Part shown: piece after piece, positions 56,635 to 57,735 of the stretch
Layout: each line of letters starts with the position of its first letter
Position numbering within the stretch: the first letter of the stretch is position 1
From: Candidatus Fervidifonticultor sextus
Lineage (GTDB): Bacteria > Sysuimicrobiota > Sysuimicrobiia > Sysuimicrobiales > Humicultoraceae
DNA: 57,735 nt
NCBI GenBank assembly: GCA_031459875.1
Contig: JAVKHQ010000019.1
Coordinates: 1-57,735, forward strand
Direction of reading: 5' to 3'
Position numbers and translations under genes: made by a program
The notes under the pieces: generated by a model
What the model saw: the letters and a program-made list of their open reading frames with translations, nothing else
Told to the model about the DNA's origin: nothing
Databases searched by the model: none

Positions 56635-57579
56635 TCAGTGATTGGTGACAACGCGCGCACCTTCCAGGTTGCCGAGCATGTAGGCGTAGTCCCCGGGATT
56701 CACCGGCGTGACCCCTGGCCGCAGCAATAGCACCACGTTGCGGTCGAATGGTGCACGGAATTCCTCCAGCGTCTCAAAAGTGTGGGGCGAGACCACGCGG
56801 CCCAGGAGCGTCCCCTTGGGGACCTCCCGGGTGATCGCCTCGGACCCCATCTGGGAGTACAGCAGGCCCCCGTGGCCGGGCCGCAGCGTGGCCATCTCCC
56901 GGACGACGACCTGTCGGGCCGGCAGCTCCGGGCGGCCGTCGAGCATGCCCAGGTGGCGCATCACGTTCAGCACCCCCCGGACGCCCATCTCGACATAGTG
57001 GCCGTCGAGCGCATAGCCGCCGCCGACTTCGGCCACCACCGACGCCTTCTGGCGGGATGCGGCCAGCGCGCCCATGGTGCCCGCGTAGCCTTCGACCTGG
57101 CGGACTACCCGCTGGCCAAAGGCCAGCGCCAGGTCCAGGTCCCGCAGGCTGATGCTGTAGTCCACGATCGGAAAGGTCCCGCCGGCGTGGAGATCGACCA
57201 GGTGCGTCACCTCCTCGAGGAAGTTCACTTCCAGGGCGCGAGCCAGCCGCGATGGAAGGTCGCCTGCGGGATCCCCGGGGAAGACCCGGTTGAGGTTGCT
57301 GACCTCGACAGCCAGCGGCATGCCCCGGGTCCCAGTCTGGAAGGCCAGCGGGTTGGCCACAGGCAGAAGTCGGACCCTCCCCCGCAGGCGGCGCGGGTCC
57401 AGCGCGTCGCGCACCCGGCGGATGATCTCCGGCCCCGTGACCTCGTCCCCATGGATCAGGGCCGAGATCCCCAGCGTCGGCCCGTCGCCGGCCCCGTCGA
57501 TCTCGTGCACGGCCACCCGCAGCGGCACCCCGCTCGCCAGGGTGCAGACGTCGATCCAGCGCACGGATGCGGTGGGCAC
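56635..57579 (-). CDS. succinylglutamate desuccinylase/aspartoacylase (M14) family deacylase
   Basis: IHGDE, NLNRVFPG, DLHAG, AEVGG. Confidence 0.9.
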   Translation of the reverse strand: MPTASVRWIDVCTLASGVPLRVAVHEIDGAGDGPTLGISALIHGDEVTGPEIIRRVRDALDPRRLRGRVRLLPVANPLAFQTGTRGMPLAVEVSNLNRVFPGDPAGDLPSRLARALEVNFLEEVTHLVDLHAGGTFPIVDYSISLRDLDLALAFGQRVVRQVEGYAGTMGALAASRQKASVVAEVGGGYALDGHYVEMGVRGVLNVMRHLGMLDGRPELPARQVVVREMATLRPGHGGLLYSQMGSEAITREVPKGTLLGRVVSPHTFETLEEFRAPFDRNVVLLLRPGVTPVNPGDYAYMLGNLEGARVVTNH

Positions 57580-57663
57580 GTGGCTCCCGATAGACCCGGT
57601 GTGGAAAATCGGCGCGGTGTTCGGTGCCGGCGCCGCCGTTTCCTGCTCACCCTGTCAAGCCAT

Positions 57664-57691
57664 TTGTGATTGTTACCCAACCCGGTATCAT
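57664..57691 (+). promoter_or_regulatory. possible sigma70 promoter for a divergent gene starting just beyond the window
   Basis: TTGTGA-N16-TATCAT in an AT-enriched patch. The window ends GGAGGAGAGGAT, i.e. an RBS plus a probable AT(G). Confidence 0.35.
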
Positions 57692-57735
57692 CGCGCCATC
57701 TACGGTGTTACCGGGGCAAGGGGGGAGGAGAGGAT

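Noticed and set aside
57653..57658. TTGACA on the minus strand upstream of the M14 gene
   Set aside because: No -10 element at 16-18 nt spacing.
1..57735. CRISPR arrays, tRNA/rRNA, prophage genes
   Set aside because: No regularly spaced repeats or RNA-gene signatures were seen by eye, and intergenic gaps are short.

Overview
A very GC-rich bacterial window (roughly 70% by eye), probably from a diderm organism because it encodes TolC. It is densely packed with about 52 genes, mostly for uptake and catabolism of small N-containing compounds. In order: (1) a xanthine-dehydrogenase/CoxL-family molybdoenzyme (L-M-S) translationally coupled to a DUF2877/AllH-like gene; (2) a decayed, 5'-truncated group II intron (frameshifted RT, intact domains V/VI) beside an IS630-like HTH relic; (3) a ~10 kb FadR-led minus-strand operon of unknown pathway (ABC importer, 4-OT, VOC, non-canonical deaminase, M24 hydrolase, orphan DpaA-like dehydrogenase, isochorismatase, cyclic amidohydrolase); (4) cyclase + CoA-transferase III + fused AccD-AccA, divergent from codA and an NMT1-type ABC importer; (5) RidA, a HAD pseudogene, and fdrA-DUF1116-DppABC-like-OCD; (6) CtpA, GT4/GT4/GH130, a MacAB-TolC exporter, a second form-II CoxSLM flanked by acetoacetate-CoA ligase and MaoC, and a Pot-like ABC importer with an M14 deacylase. 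No rRNA, tRNA or CRISPR array was seen. The best candidates for undescribed systems are the 7-17 kb catabolic operon and the codA/cyclase/CoA-transferase/AccDA module. All functional calls come from motif recognition, not database searches.
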